A stretch of DNA of 64,000 nucleotides from Octopus vulgaris (GCA_951406725.2 OX597818.1:119412001-119476000), one strand, 5' to 3'; shown: positions 1-13,294, numbered from the stretch's first letter. Numbers and translations: made by a program. Notes: generated from the letters alone by a model not told the origin.

Positions 1-127
1 ACGAACTATTGAGTTTGGTTTAATGGCCTACCAATGTATACTATGAGTTTCTTTGCCCTAGGAGTCGGGAAGACACCCGGCAAGAAATGGAAGCAAATTT
101 GAAAGAGGAGAAAAAAATTTTTTTTTA

Positions 128-243
<116 letters not shown>

Positions 244-822
244 GGTCCTTTCTTCTATGGGAGCTAGGCTTGAAATTTTGGGAAGATTGAGATCGTTAAT
301 TAAATCAACTCCAGTGCTCAACAAGTATTTAATTCATTTAACGGAGAAGAAAAATGATACATTTTAAATAGTAAAAAAATAAAAAGGAAATCTAGCTGCG
401 GAGAGAGTGCTGGATACATGTGTAACGCCGGAGCATTATGCGTAAAATTTATCGCTTTTTACACCATACAAAGTATGTATTACAAATATTCACATTGTTT
501 GGCCATTGGCTATAATGTATAAACAAATTAACGAGACATCAGTCATATTAATCGAAGACTGATTTAATGACTCATGCGGAAAAGCGATTATGAATGTGAA
601 GATCAAATCATATTATTCAGATAAGAGTGAAATGAAAAACATGTGCTTGGAATTAAATGTAGAAATTATATATGAAACAGAGCGTAAAATATTTTATTAT
701 AACAGGAACAAATAAACAGGAGATCGCTTAAAATGATGGCAACTATCTGCAGAAAATTGAACCACTTATCTCAAACAGTTATAATAAACTTAATATAATG
801 CCTTGCAAGTCATATGCTAAGC

Positions 823-1029
823 TTACTCTTTTAATTGTTTCAGTTATTTGACTGTGGCCATACTGAAGCAACGCCTTTAAGTCAAGTAAATCGACCTCAG
901 GACTTATTCTTTGTAAGCCTAGTACTTATTCTATCTGTCTCTTTTGCCGAACAGCTAAGTTACGGGGACGTACACCAGCATCGGTTGTCAAGTGATGTTT
1001 CGAGGACAAGCACAGACGCACAAACATTT

Positions 1030-1107
<78 letters not shown>

Positions 1108-1246
1108 GACGGGCTTCTTTCAGTTTCTGTCTACGAAATCCACTCACAAGGCTTTGGTCGGCCCGAGGCTATAGTAGAAGACACTTGCCCAAAGTGCCAC
1201 GCAGTGGGACTGAACCCGGAACTTACCACACAGCCACTCCTACGCC
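823..1246 (-). mobile_element. tRNA-derived SINE, family A (internal TA/CA microsatellite)
   Basis: Reverse complement of the copy at 8065-8479; A-box-like TGGCTGTGTGG, B-box-like GGTTCAGTCCC, GTAAAAGA-type tail; short deletion in the head. Confidence 0.9.
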
Positions 1247-1395
1247 TTCCTGAATGTGAGGACGGGTTCCAGTTTTAAAGCTTTTTTTTATTTTCCTTAA
1301 CGTTTACTTACGATTTGGAGTATCTTCCTCTCTTTCTGAAGCTCTTTGCAGTTTAATACAAGTGTTTATTATATATTTCTTCTCTACCCTGTTAA

Positions 1396-1780
1396 GGTGT
1401 AGGAGTGGCTGTGTGGCAAGTAGCCTGTTTACGAACCACATGGTTCTGGGTTCAGTCCCACTGCATGGCACCTTAGGCAAGTGTCCTCTATTATAGCCTC
1501 GGGACAACAAGAGCCTTGTGAGAGGATTTGGTAGACGGAAACTGAAAGAAACCCGTCGTATGTGTGCGTGTGTGTTTGTGCGTTTGTGTGTCTGCGTCTG
1601 TCCCCGCACCATCACTTGACAACTGACGCCGGTGTGTTTACGTCCCTGTAACATTAGCAGTTCGGCAAAATGATATTGATAGAATAAGTACTAGGCTTAC
1701 AAAGAATAGTCCTCGTTCGACTAAAGACGATGCTCCAGCATGGCCAAAGTCAAATAACTAAAAAGAAGTAAAAGAGTAAA
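1396..1780 (+). mobile_element. SINE family A
   Basis: AGGAGTGGCTGTGTGG...GGTTCAGTCCC head, internal (TG)n, GATAGAATAAGTACTAGG core, AAAAGAGTAAA tail. Confidence 0.9.
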
Positions 1781-1894
1781 GGGTTTATTCGATAGCGATG
1801 TTTACTTATTGTGGATGAAGAATGAAACCATTAGCCATCGACATCTGGCACAGACTGACATCCTAGAAGTAACAGATTATAGCTTCTTAAGTTT

Positions 1895-1998
1895 TGACAA
1901 AAGAGACCGATAGAATAAGTACTAGGCTTACAAAGAATAATCCTAGGGGGCGATTTGCTCGACTAAATGCGGTTCTCCAGCATGGCAGCAGTCAAATA
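1895..1998 (+). mobile_element. SINE family A, 3' fragment
   Basis: AAAAGAGACCGATAGAATAAGTACTAGGCTTACAAAG...CCAGCATGGC matches the family 3' half. Confidence 0.8.
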
Positions 1999-2023
1999 AT
2001 ATATATATATATATATATATATA

Positions 2024-2390
2024 CTAGCAGTATCGCCCGGCGTTGCTCAGGTTTGTAAGGGAAATAACTATAAAGCATTTTTAGAGAGTTATAGCCAAAA
2101 AATGGAAAAAAATGATGGTAAATTTTTTTTGAGAGTAAAAAAAGGTGGAGTTGCGTCCCCTAGACGGTTTGTGTTTCTGATTCTCGACCCCATGTCGAAT
2201 TTATCGATTTTTTCAGAACTGGGGGAACTTTTCAAAATTTTCGCTGCGTTAGTTTTGAATTATGACATTGGGCTATGTGTGTGTCAAGTTTCATCAGAAT
2301 CGGTTGAAAGCCATGGTCAGGGTGAGGGTACAAGCAAACAGACACACAGAAACACGCACAGACAAACTGCCGTTTATATATATAGAGAGA
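2024..2390 (-). mobile_element. Non-autonomous Helitron-like element
   Basis: Minus strand starts TC(TCTATATAT) and ends with a GC-rich subterminal segment followed by CTAG; sits between A and T with no TSD. Confidence 0.7.
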
Positions 2391-2996
2391 TATCTGTCCA
2401 AAATCATGGAGACAGAGTAGGAGAAAGAGTAGTATAAGTGAAGGGGAAGGAGAGAAAATAGTAATTCACTGAAGTAGTGAGAGTAATAACCCTGAATGAG
2501 AGAGAGTGAGAGAAAGTAATAGCAATGAGAGAGAGGAAGTGGCAAATGGCACGTTGTGTGTTTTCTGTTTTTCTCCGTCATAACATATGAATAACGAATG
2601 AAGGGGTGGAAAATCTATTTCTTTACTACCCACAAGGGGCTAAACACAGAGGGGACAAACAAGGACAGATAAACGGATCAACTCTATTAAATCGACCCCA
2701 GCGTTTCAACACTGTGTGAGTATATGTGTGTGTGCATTTAAAAGGGAGGTATGTGAATGCTTGTGTGTGTGTGTGAGTGTGAGTGTGCGCGCGCAATGGA
2801 AATGGGATGGTGGACACTGAAAAGAAAAATCAAACAGCGTTTCAACTCTGTGTGAGTATATGTATGTATGTGTGTGCATGTACAAGGGAAGTATATGAAT
2901 GCTTGTATCTGCAATTATTTTGTACCTTATTGATATATAAAATACTACAATTAGCCGTCATCGTTGACGGCACGGAGTCAGCGAGTTAAGATATAA

Positions 2997-3362
2997 TCTT
3001 TATATATGAAAGAAAGGTTGTGTGTCTGTCTACTCCGATTTAGATTCCTAACTACTCCCACATTTTGCGATGCAGTTTAACCAAAACCGGGTATCTTATA
3101 GTCGTGATTCATATCGAGCCCTTCTGGGTATTAGCGCGCGTCTACGATGAGTCTACGATTTTAAAAATAATTTAACATCATTTTTTTTCATTTTAATGCA
3201 TATTTTGTTTAATAAAGGGAAGTAACTCTCTAAAAATGTCTACGATGAGTCAACGATTTTTTTTAAAAATTACCATGATTTTTTTTCCATTTTTAATGCA
3301 TTTTTTGCTATTTTTTGTCTATAACTCTCTAAAACCCGAGCAACGCCAGGCGATACTGCTAG
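2997..3362 (+). mobile_element. Non-autonomous Helitron-like element
   Basis: 5' TC(TTTATATA); 3' CCCGAGCAACGCCAGGCGATACTGCTAG, the same 3' end as the element at 2024. Confidence 0.7.
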
Positions 3363-3845
3363 TTATATCTAAAATAGGTGGAGTCTTGAAATTTATCGAA
3401 ATTCCAACATATTCCACACAGATGCCCTTAAGAAGTTACTCAAAAGAACTGTTTCTCTTACAGTCATATTCGTTATATCCAAATTCTATGAATCAAGTAG
3501 AAGCACGTTTAAAGAAGACGTGGAAAAAGATATTTGTATCATCATCAAAAACATTTCATCCGTCCATGTATTCTGAATTGCGATGAGGTCAACTTTGTTT
3601 CTCACGATTTGGTGGGTGAGGAGATGGTCTATGAAATATCTATCAGTCTAACACTGGGAACGTTGTAATTGACTAGACTCTTTACGTTCTGATTTCAAAT
3701 TCTGTCGATGCCGTCTTTGCCTTTTATTCGTTCTGCGTCAAGGAAATAATTATCTGCTGAGCACCGGAGTTGATTTTATGGGCTAGCCTCCCTCTTCCAT
3801 AATTTCAAGCGTAGTGCCGACAGAAGAAAAGATTTCTTCTTCTTC

Positions 3846-4015
<170 letters not shown>

Positions 4016-4575
4016 GAGTGAATGAGAGTGCAGTGCATGCCATCAAAGTGACACTGGGGTAAAATATACGAAACCCAGTATACCCATCATGATTACACGT
4101 CTGATAAGGGTACACTAGGCACATGCATCACAACCATATGTGTGCGACATGGTGATCTCATATCAAGATAAACAGCGCATGACCTAGCAGGTGGGCCCTG
4201 TTAGAATTTTCTCCACGTCGAGTAACCCATCCTGCTCAAAAGCTCCCTGAATAAGGATTGTTTAAGTATGTTGAACGAACCACCCATGTCTCCAAAGGTG
4301 AATTATCCAAACCTCTAAGAATCACTCTCAACACATGGCTATGATGCTCTCCCACTACTTCTGCTCGTGATCAGAGATACACATATCGTCAACCACTAAG
4401 GGACATGCTTAACTTGTTTGATTTCAAACAACTGACAAGCAAATCTGTGGTATTAAGCAGAATATTTCCTGTAGTCCATCTTTTATGCAGAAACAAATCA
4501 ATGTACATGATAACACTTCCAATCAGTTAAGATTAGAAGCCATGAGAGCCACTATCTGGTACTGCGTCAGGGCAT
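4016..4575. repeat. Unclassified interspersed element between (ATT)n and (ATC)n tracts
   Basis: Sharp rise in GC bounded on both sides by trinucleotide tracts; no ORF recognised. Confidence 0.45.
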
Positions 4576-4619
4576 TTATTATCATCATCATCATCATCAT
4601 CTTCATCATCACTATCATG

Positions 4620-5300
4620 ATTTTTCCTTCTTTCATTTTTGTCTCCATTTCTTACCGTGTATCTTCCCGTGTGCAGCTCAGTATGATCTGGGTATGCGTT
4701 GTGGGTTCTTTCGGTGAATTAAAAAGTATTCTACAGAAGATGTATGCGGTGCTTAACAGTACTATTTTCTTTATGCTACATTCATTCATACCTCCTGAGT
4801 GGTTTTTGTTCTGTATTTACATGTACGTTTTATCATTCTCCAACCACCTATTTTTGTATTATTGTAGAAATACGTATTGTCAGGCTTCACATTCGGGTTA
4901 TTTTTATTTCACGATTTTTGAATTTCGATAGTATCTTTCGTCAGTGGATATATTCTTTCTTAGCTTGCCTGGACAGCCAGAGATAATATGATTTAATCTG
5001 TTTTTGATATCACCGCATATTCTACAGTTACTTATTCTAGTCTGGTTAATTACGTGTGTTTTAGTCGTTCTTGGAGAAAGACTTTGATTTTGTGCCGCAA
5101 AATTAGGACCATTTAGATTCTGTTCTTTTCAGTAAGTCCTGCGTTTCTTATACAGCGTGAAGTCTTTACTTCGTCTATTTCTATTCTGAAGAATTTATTG
5201 ACATCGCTTTATCATTGCATTCAATAGAACGTTTAACTTAATTTCAGCTACTTTACAAACTTCTTTCTGTTTCTTAATAACTATCAATAATCTTCGGTGC
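4620..5300 (-). mobile_element. Degraded R4/Dong-like (RLE-type) non-LTR retrotransposon, 3' part
   Basis: Minus-strand translation gives FAAQNQSL, CRICG (zinc knuckle) and KIVLLSTAYIF near the end; 3' end abuts the trinucleotide tract. Confidence 0.65.
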
Positions 5301-7086
5301 ATATTTTGTAATAGTTATCTGCATGTAGAAGGACCATGTCGCCTTTAATTTGTAGTATGAATAACATATATCAAATTTGGGGTGGTATATTCTAAAAGCA
5401 ACCACTATTTTCCTTATTCTAGTTTATTTATTTACATTCACGTGTATATTATAAAGGTTGCACACCACTTATATAAATAGAATATTGTGAAGAAATCCCA
5501 TTTTTTAAAAACAAAATGTTCTGTTTTAATGAAATTCGTCTTTATCTTTTCTTTGTTTTGTACCCTGTATTCTATATATTTCGTTGATTCCTAAGTATTT
5601 GAATAAATACGTTTCAGATTTTACATATACGTACGTACGCAAACATGCATGCATGAAAAATTACATACATACTTACGTATATACATACAGACAGACACAC
5701 ACATACACATACACACACAAACACACACATACGTACAGACAGACAGATAGACTGCCAGACATAATTTCTAAGCTAGAACTAGGACAACAACAGAATGCAA
5801 TTATAGTATGCAATTATGACACCCAAACACTCTTAAATGTTCGTATTAAAGCTTCCGGTGCGAATGCCAAGAAGCACAGTATGTCGTTTCCAAATTTCTG
5901 GCAGAGTGAACTGCATCATGGTGCTGTTTTACTCGCAGATTTAGCCCAACTGACCCTACTATACTGTATAGTTGATAAAATCAAAAACAAAGCCGTGACA
6001 AAAAAGCCCTTGTGTAGTAAATACAGGAGTAAGCTACACAGGACTCAGAGACAAAATAAAATTTGAACACTGACTGAGAAACGAAGACACAGAGCAAAGT
6101 GGCATACTATCGAAACCACTCCATTAGAAACGACTAGTTTTATGACAACTGCCATCATATCCTCAGATTACAAATAGGAAGATAAATGTCTTTGCATTTC
6201 TAGCAGCAATTTATACTTTCGGATATCGAAATAGTATTATTGTTTCGTTTTGGTTCGCGTGAACATAAATAGATACCCAGACAGCGTTACAAAGAAAAAA
6301 AATACTTTATTGCAATCTTAACGTTTGCAGCAGCTATTAATATCAGTGTGATTAGCTTTAATGGTATCCCATTTCAATTTTGTGCACTTAATGTGTGTCC
6401 TTCGAAAATGCTTCAGCATAGTGAGGGCATGTGGTTTACTGTTTACGGTCATCGGTTTGTGAGTTCAATCCCGCCGCTTGTAGTGGACAAGGCTTATTAT
6501 TTATAGGCATAGGAGTGGTTGTGTATAAGGATCCGGATATCGGCCAAGTTCATCTTGAAGATCGTCTCACCGCCGTCCGTTAATAGAACTAGGCAGGCAG
6601 ATATTTCACCTGCCTGACAGCTGTAACAAAAAAATTATGCTGTAAACATGGGAAAAATTACAGCTACCTTTCGGTAGTCTTTAACGATTTCCTCAACGTT
6701 TTGGAAGGGAAAGAAAGGATGAGGAGGAAAGTTAACGAATTTTTCAAAAGAGGGGCAAAATAGTTAAAGCGAAATACTCAAATGCTTCTACATACATACA
6801 TACATACATACAGACGTGAAAATGCAGATTCAAACGTATAGCTTTTGTTCTAGTATACATTTTCTGTGAATTGAAACCCCAAATTACGGGATAAACCAAA
6901 CAAAAATGTCTTCACACCAAATGTATTATTGCAGAAAGATATTTTCCTTGAGTTACTTTCATTTTGATATGAAATACGTCTATAATTCGTATTTATACAT
7001 TTTTTTTAACTGTCCACCGAATTTTATCTTTTATCAAACGAAAACATAGTTGTGTTATAGTAATATTGTATCTAATATTACACAAA

Positions 7087-7271
7087 GGTAGGGCGGAGGG
7101 CTGTTAGAATCGTTAGCACGCCGGCCGAAATGCTTAGTAGAGTTTTTATCCGTTTTTACATTCTGAGTTCTATTTCAGCCTAAGTCGAATTCCGGGTTCG
7201 ATGAAATAAGTACCGGCTGATTATTGGGGAACTCTCTCCCGAAGTTGCTGGCCTTGAGCCAAAATTTGAAA
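7087..7271 (+). mobile_element. tRNA-derived SINE, family B, with 15-bp TSD
   Basis: Head ...CGTTAGCACGCCGG...TTCTGAGTTC; TSD CTAATATTACACAAA at 7072-7086 and 7272-7286. Confidence 0.85.
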
Positions 7272-8064
7272 CTAATATTACACAAAAGTTTATTAGTCAT
7301 TCATATTTGATATTAATTATAAAGAAGCATCAATTTTATTTGAAGTAAGAAAATTAATGAAAGCTTCATCATAATTCTTTTGTTATTTAAATACATCTCT
7401 TGTATAGTTATTCTTGTGGAACTTGTTTTGGAATATCGAATGATAAACTTCTTTCTAGATATTTCCCATACTATGAAAAGCATCTTTTATTCAATTAATT
7501 ATTAAATGACCAATATGTAAACAGATCTGTGTTCACAATAGTAGATGACTTAAACAATTGGATAGTTCATATATATTGTATAAATTCAGAGATTTTTAAT
7601 TGCCTTCTTGTTAATCATAAAGGAAGCAATACACATTGAAGTTACTGGGGTAGTGTTTCGAAGTCCAGTCGCAGTTTAGCCTCAATTTATTTTGTTACTA
7701 AACGCCTGCGAACCCCTTAGCAAATCCATGCCAATAATAGCTTCCCAGCTCCTGCATTAATAAATCAATAGACAACAACGTTAAAGGAAAGGAAATACAA
7801 AACTTTCGCTAAATATTCTCAGATTTTCGATGTTAGCAACCATATTGCACGAGATACAGAACTGTGATATTTAAGTATTTAAGTAGCATGGTCATAGTGC
7901 CCTTCGATAATATGAGTTCTAGTAAATACATACATATAACCACGTGTGTGTTTGTGTACGTGCGTGTGTTGATAAAATCAAAACACGGTGTTGAGATTAA
8001 TTCAAAACATTCTTACTCGTGAGCGATGAAACCTTATGAAGTAAATAAATAATCGACAACCATA

Positions 8065-8479
8065 GGCGTAGGAGTGGCTGTGAGGTAAGTAGCTTGCTTA
8101 CGATCAACATGGTTCCGGGTTCAGTCCCACTGCGTGGCACCTTGGGCAAGTGTCTTCTTCTACAGCCTCGAGCCGACCAAAGCCTTGTGAGTTGATTTGG
8201 TAGACGGAAACTGAAAGAAGCCCCTCGTATATATGAATATATGTATATATGTATGTGTTTGTATATGTTTGTGTGTCTGTTTGTCCCCCCAACATCGATT
8301 GAAAACCGATGCTGGTGTGTTTACATCCCCGCAACTTAGCGGTTCGGCAAAAGAGTCCGATAGAATAAGTACTAGGCTTCCAAAGAATAAGTCCTGGGGT
8401 CGATTTGCTCGGTTAAAGGCGGTGCTCCAGCATGGCCACAGTCAAATTGCTGAAACAAGTAAAAGAGTAAAGAGAGTAA
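8065..8479 (+). mobile_element. SINE family A, full length
   Basis: Complete head with A/B-box-like motifs, ACCTTGGGCAAGT, internal TA/TG tract, core and GTAAAAGA tail. Confidence 0.92.
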
Positions 8480-8863
8480 CCATCAGACAACTAACTGGTT
8501 TGATTATCAAATGTCATTCTGAGTGATCTAGTGAAATGATTTTCATTGAGCGACACGTTATAAAATGACTTGAGACTTATAGAATGAAATCCCCAAGTGT
8601 GATCACTAAGGACACCTGGTTAATGTCACATTTTAAACACTGGTCAGCAAGTTTCGGTGAAACTGGAGCTAATTTATATATATAAATTAGAGATAAAACC
8701 ACTATTAGGCAAAAGAAACATTGAAAAACATAAACCAAAACATAAAAATAAAAATAATTAATATAATATACAAAATATATAAATTATAAAATTTAAAAAT
8801 TAAAATTATTTAAATTTAAAATTAAAATTATTAATTTATATTTATAAATTTTTATATTTCTTT

Positions 8864-9126
<263 letters not shown>

Positions 9127-9430
9127 ACATGCATAACACACAAACATTTGCACACACAGTATTTCTAGGGATGAAAGCGAGTGACAGGGTGTTTTTAATT
9201 CTCACGAACCGATAGCGTTCATGTAATTCAAAATATAAGGACACGGGATATATCAATTTTTCTTTGATTAGTCCACGTCTGCTGCACTTTAGATATTGTG
9301 ATTTATTTTAATTTTATAGTCGTCTGCCTTTCGTATATGACAGCTCTGTAACACATAACTGGTGTTTGATGTCTACACGTGTGATATGATAAATTACTTA
9401 GTTTTTTTGTAAACATTTGCTATTTCTGTA

Positions 9431-9468
9431 TGACTAACTAACACTTTGTTTTCTCTTTTCTTTTGCAG
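9431..9468 (+). promoter_or_regulatory. 3' splice acceptor with branch point
   Basis: TGACTAACTAAC branch-like motif, long pyrimidine tract, TTTTGCAG|G. Confidence 0.7.
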
Positions 9469-11080
9469 GTGACTTTGAATAAATATACACGTTCTGGGAA
9501 CCCATCGTTAGAACAACATGGAATCTCCTGAACAACCAAATACAAATGCATTCAGTAAATCAATGACATTCGCAGAATTAGATTAGACTTAAAAGAAATA
9601 CATCATCAATAACAACAGCAGCAACAATAACAACTAAGCAACAATAACTAAAGAAAGACAATACAGATTGGTTCGTGATGCCATAAGACCGTGAAAGAAA
9701 GAAAAAGTTTGAATAAGATGAAGAAATTATAAAGCGTTCGAAAAACACCATATCACAACATTAAAAGCGATTATTTTATTTTCAAAGTTTCGAGATAATT
9801 CTCTTGATGAAACAATACACACTGTTAAATAAATTATCATTTAAGTTTACTGGGATTTCTCTTTTTTTTTTTTCCTGTTTCTTTTTTTCTTTGTATAAGT
9901 TATAGCATAAAATTAAATTAGCTTCGGAAACAAAGTGAATTTTATTTCAGCAAATCAATCGAATAAAATCAAACAAAAATTTAAACAAAAATCTGTTAAA
10001 AATCTCACTTTACATACTGTCAAGATTATTTACTCTTTAATCTTTTGTCGAGGTGGTAATTTGTTTTTATTTGTGTTGTATAGTATAAGCCATTTTAGCA
10101 AATGCTTATTTCCTGCATTAATCTAATGTGCAAAAAAACTTTTCTTTTTTTCACAACTTTGCCCTTCTCACATACAATTTGATTTCTACCTTTAATATAA
10201 TTACTTCATTCATTTATATCTTCCATTCAACTAATATTTCAGCAGAAATTTTATTCAGCATTCTTTCTTGGTATTATCTGTGTCTATATTCTCTTTTTTA
10301 CGAATGATGAATTCTAAAAACTGTAGCCTTATAAAACTCACAAAGTATGGATTATACCGATTATTTGACGTATTTTCACTCTTGGCAATCGGATTCCATT
10401 CACATTCTCTGCAAATTCTAAAGGACGCAAAATATCTCATCTAAAAATGTTCGGTTAAGAAAACGTTAATTCATATAATGTGGCGTACATGAGAATCTTA
10501 GACAACCAAGATTTCCCTTGCATTTCAAACTGATGAACTGTGTATAAATGATTAATTTTACTCAAGACAGACAGGCTGATAATTCTAAATCTAATAGAAT
10601 TGGGTAGGCTACAAGCTAGTTATTGTTTGAGTGCGAGTCAGAAAACTGTGGTGATTTTTGATAAAACATAATTGAATAGTAACACTCGATCGGCATTTTA
10701 AAATTTCATTAGGTACAGAAAGGTAAACATAATTATAGTTATGGCTAAATAATTGAATATTCAGCTATCCTCAAGCTCGATGAAAACTACCTAATAAATC
10801 ATCTTTTTTTCTAATGTTTCTTCAAGATGAGAAATATCACAAAATGAATTCGTTTATTTTGTACTTGATTTTAACATTCCCCTCAATGTCACAAGTACTG
10901 TTATATTTTTTCGTTAGCTTTTTTCTACTTCATTAAAAAGTCATTTAGAGAGAAAGTAAACTATTCACTAAAATGCAACTCGTTTCGTCTCTAGAGCTCG
11001 AAATGACTGACATGGCAAAAAGATGTTGGCAACTGTGAAATAGTCTTTTGACATGATGTAGAATATCACTCTCGCTATTG
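9469..11080 (+). other. Probable terminal exon / 3' UTR of an unidentified host transcript
   Basis: Follows the strong acceptor; all three frames stop within about 20 codons; about 1.6 kb without SINEs or long microsatellites; several AATAAA. The 3' end is uncertain. Confidence 0.5.
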
Positions 11081-11086
11081 TTTCTG

Positions 11087-11421
11087 TGAAGGCGCTTGGC
11101 TCAGGGGTTAGAGCGTCGAGCTTACGATTGTGTGGTTGTGAGTTCGAATCCTAGACCGGGTTGCGTGCTGTGTTCTTGAGCAACACACTTTATTTCATGT
11201 TGCTCAAGTTCACTCAGCTGTAGAAATAAGTTGCGACGTCACAGGTGCCAAGCTGTATCGGCCGTTGCCTTTCCCTTGGATAACACTGGTAGCGTGGAGA
11301 GGGGAGGCCGGTATGCATGGGCAACTTCTGGCCTTTCATAAGCAACCTTGCCCGGATTTGTGCCTGGGAGGGTAACTTTCTAGGTGAAATCCCACGGTCA
11401 GTCATGACCGAAGGGGGTCTC
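11087..11421 (+). mobile_element. tRNA-derived SINE, family D
   Basis: GGCGCTTGGCTCAGGGGTTAGAGC...GAGTTCGAATCC tRNA-like head; second copy at 59393-59710. Confidence 0.88.
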
Positions 11422-11726
11422 AATTGTTTTTGGAGGAAACTGCACTGCAGGGCATCCAACGAACGGATTATCTTATGACCAATGCTATGATCGTTCAGAA
11501 CATGACCAATTTTTTCGTAACTCTGGGGTACCTAGCATAAATGGTGAGTTCACCTTCTCACAATGGATCAAACTATAAAGAATAATGGAAGGGTATATGA
11601 AATTTAACCGTACAAAATATATAACATTATATTTCACTTTATTGATCTAGGATGAATAAAACGAAAATTTACTATCGAGACGCTATAACTTTGCAACAAA
11701 ACTACTGTTTAACGTTCTTAACTCTC

Positions 11727-11798
<72 letters not shown>

Positions 11799-11869
11799 CA
11801 TATTATTACAATTATGTATATAATTATAAAATATTTATAAAATTTACCTATGAGGTTTTTATTTCCGCG

Positions 11870-12500
11870 CTGACCACCTGGTAAATCATTAATGAATTTT
11901 ACCCTTTATTATTACTGCCGTCTAAATTATACAAAAGTGAAAGTAATACTGACATATCATTTCAACATATATATTTAACCAAAATTACATAAAAGATATC
12001 TTGAAATACTAAAGAATAAATCTATTCAATAAGATCGCCATTGGCTCAAATCATAGCCTCCAGACAACTTCGGAATGTCCTGAAACTCTTCTGGGTGATC
12101 TCCTACTTTAAGTTGGTGATCGCTGCCATAATCCTTGCCTTCAGTTCATCCTTGGCGTTACAAAGAGTTTTGTTGGTCTCTCGCTCAACTGCGCCCCACA
12201 CATAATAATCAAATAGGTCACAGTATAGGGAGTTAAGTGGCCAGATATTAAGGGGTGTTGTGGTCGCAGAAATTGTCTGACAGTCATGACTTGGTCCTCC
12301 TGCTTGTGTGGCATGGTACAGAGTCCTGTTCCCAGACACAGGATCTTCTAGCAGCCATCCCCTTTACCCAGAGCAGCACTAACTTCTCCAGGCACTTCAT
12401 GTAGGCTTCCATGTTGAGTCTGAGGCCATGTTGGAAGATGAATGGGGGCATAGCTTCGCCATCACTAATGATCACTCCAAACACCATGATGTTGATTGGA
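11870..12500 (-). mobile_element. Tc1/mariner-superfamily transposase remnant (maT/DD37D-like)
   Basis: Frameshifted ORFs: MVFGVIISDG..WEQDSVPCHTS and WPLNSLYCDLFDYYVWG (decayed WPPNSPDLNPLDY motif). Confidence 0.8.
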
Positions 12501-12889
12501 TGATATTAGTTTACATACATATTCCTAACATAAGCGGCTCGAGACCATACATGATGTAGCCAAGTTGATTTTTATTTAGCATGGCCCGCAATGTCACAAT
12601 CGAGTTTGTCGATATTTCAACCTTTCACATTTAATTAAACAATGCTAAGTAAATTACCTCTCAACAGGTAGATATGGAGGCTATTATTTTCATTATCGCT
12701 TCATAGAATAGATTAAATTTTGCAGAACAAAACATTGATTGTAATTCCTAAAGAATATACAGTCCAGAATATACAGTCCAGTTAATTGATCTTAGTGTTT
12801 AACTGATGATTATACATCGAATACTGATGAAAAATTGGGTAAATCGAACATGCAAAACCTGGAGTAAGTTCCAGTACAACATTTAATGC

Positions 12890-13282
12890 ACTCTTTTACT
12901 CTTTTACTTGTTTCAGTCATTTGCCTATGGCCATGCTGGAGCACCACCTTTAGTCGAGCAAATCGACCCCAGGACTTATTCTTTGTAAGCCTAGTGCTTG
13001 TTCTATCGGTCTCTTTTGCCGAACCGCTAGGTTACGGGGACGTAAACACACCAGCATTGGTTGTCAAGATATGTTGGGGGAACAAACAGAGACACACAAA
13101 CATATACATACACCCATACATATATATACATATATATGACGGGCTTATTTCAGTTTCCGTCTACCAAATCCACTCACAAGGCTTTGGTCAGCCCGAGGCT
13201 ATAGTAGAAGAAACTTGCAGAGATTCCACGCAGTGGGATTGAACCCGAAACCATGTGGATGGTTAGCAAGTTACTCACCACA
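12890..13282 (-). mobile_element. SINE family A
   Basis: Matches the family consensus in reverse. Confidence 0.88.
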
Positions 13283-13294
13283 CATTCACATTTT

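Noticed and set aside
835-1278. Recurring peptide DGLLSVSVYQIHSQGFGRPEAIVEDTCP suggesting a gene family
   Set aside because: It is the antisense reading of SINE family A; frames and ends differ between copies.
5584-6066. 160-aa ORF in partly unique sequence
   Set aside because: The first third is microsatellite and the rest has no recognisable motif or splice context.
11091-11165. tRNA-like sequences (also near 13830-13900, 17045-17115, 27475-27544, 59635-59710)
   Set aside because: These are SINE heads; they continue into SINE bodies and lack a proper acceptor stem.
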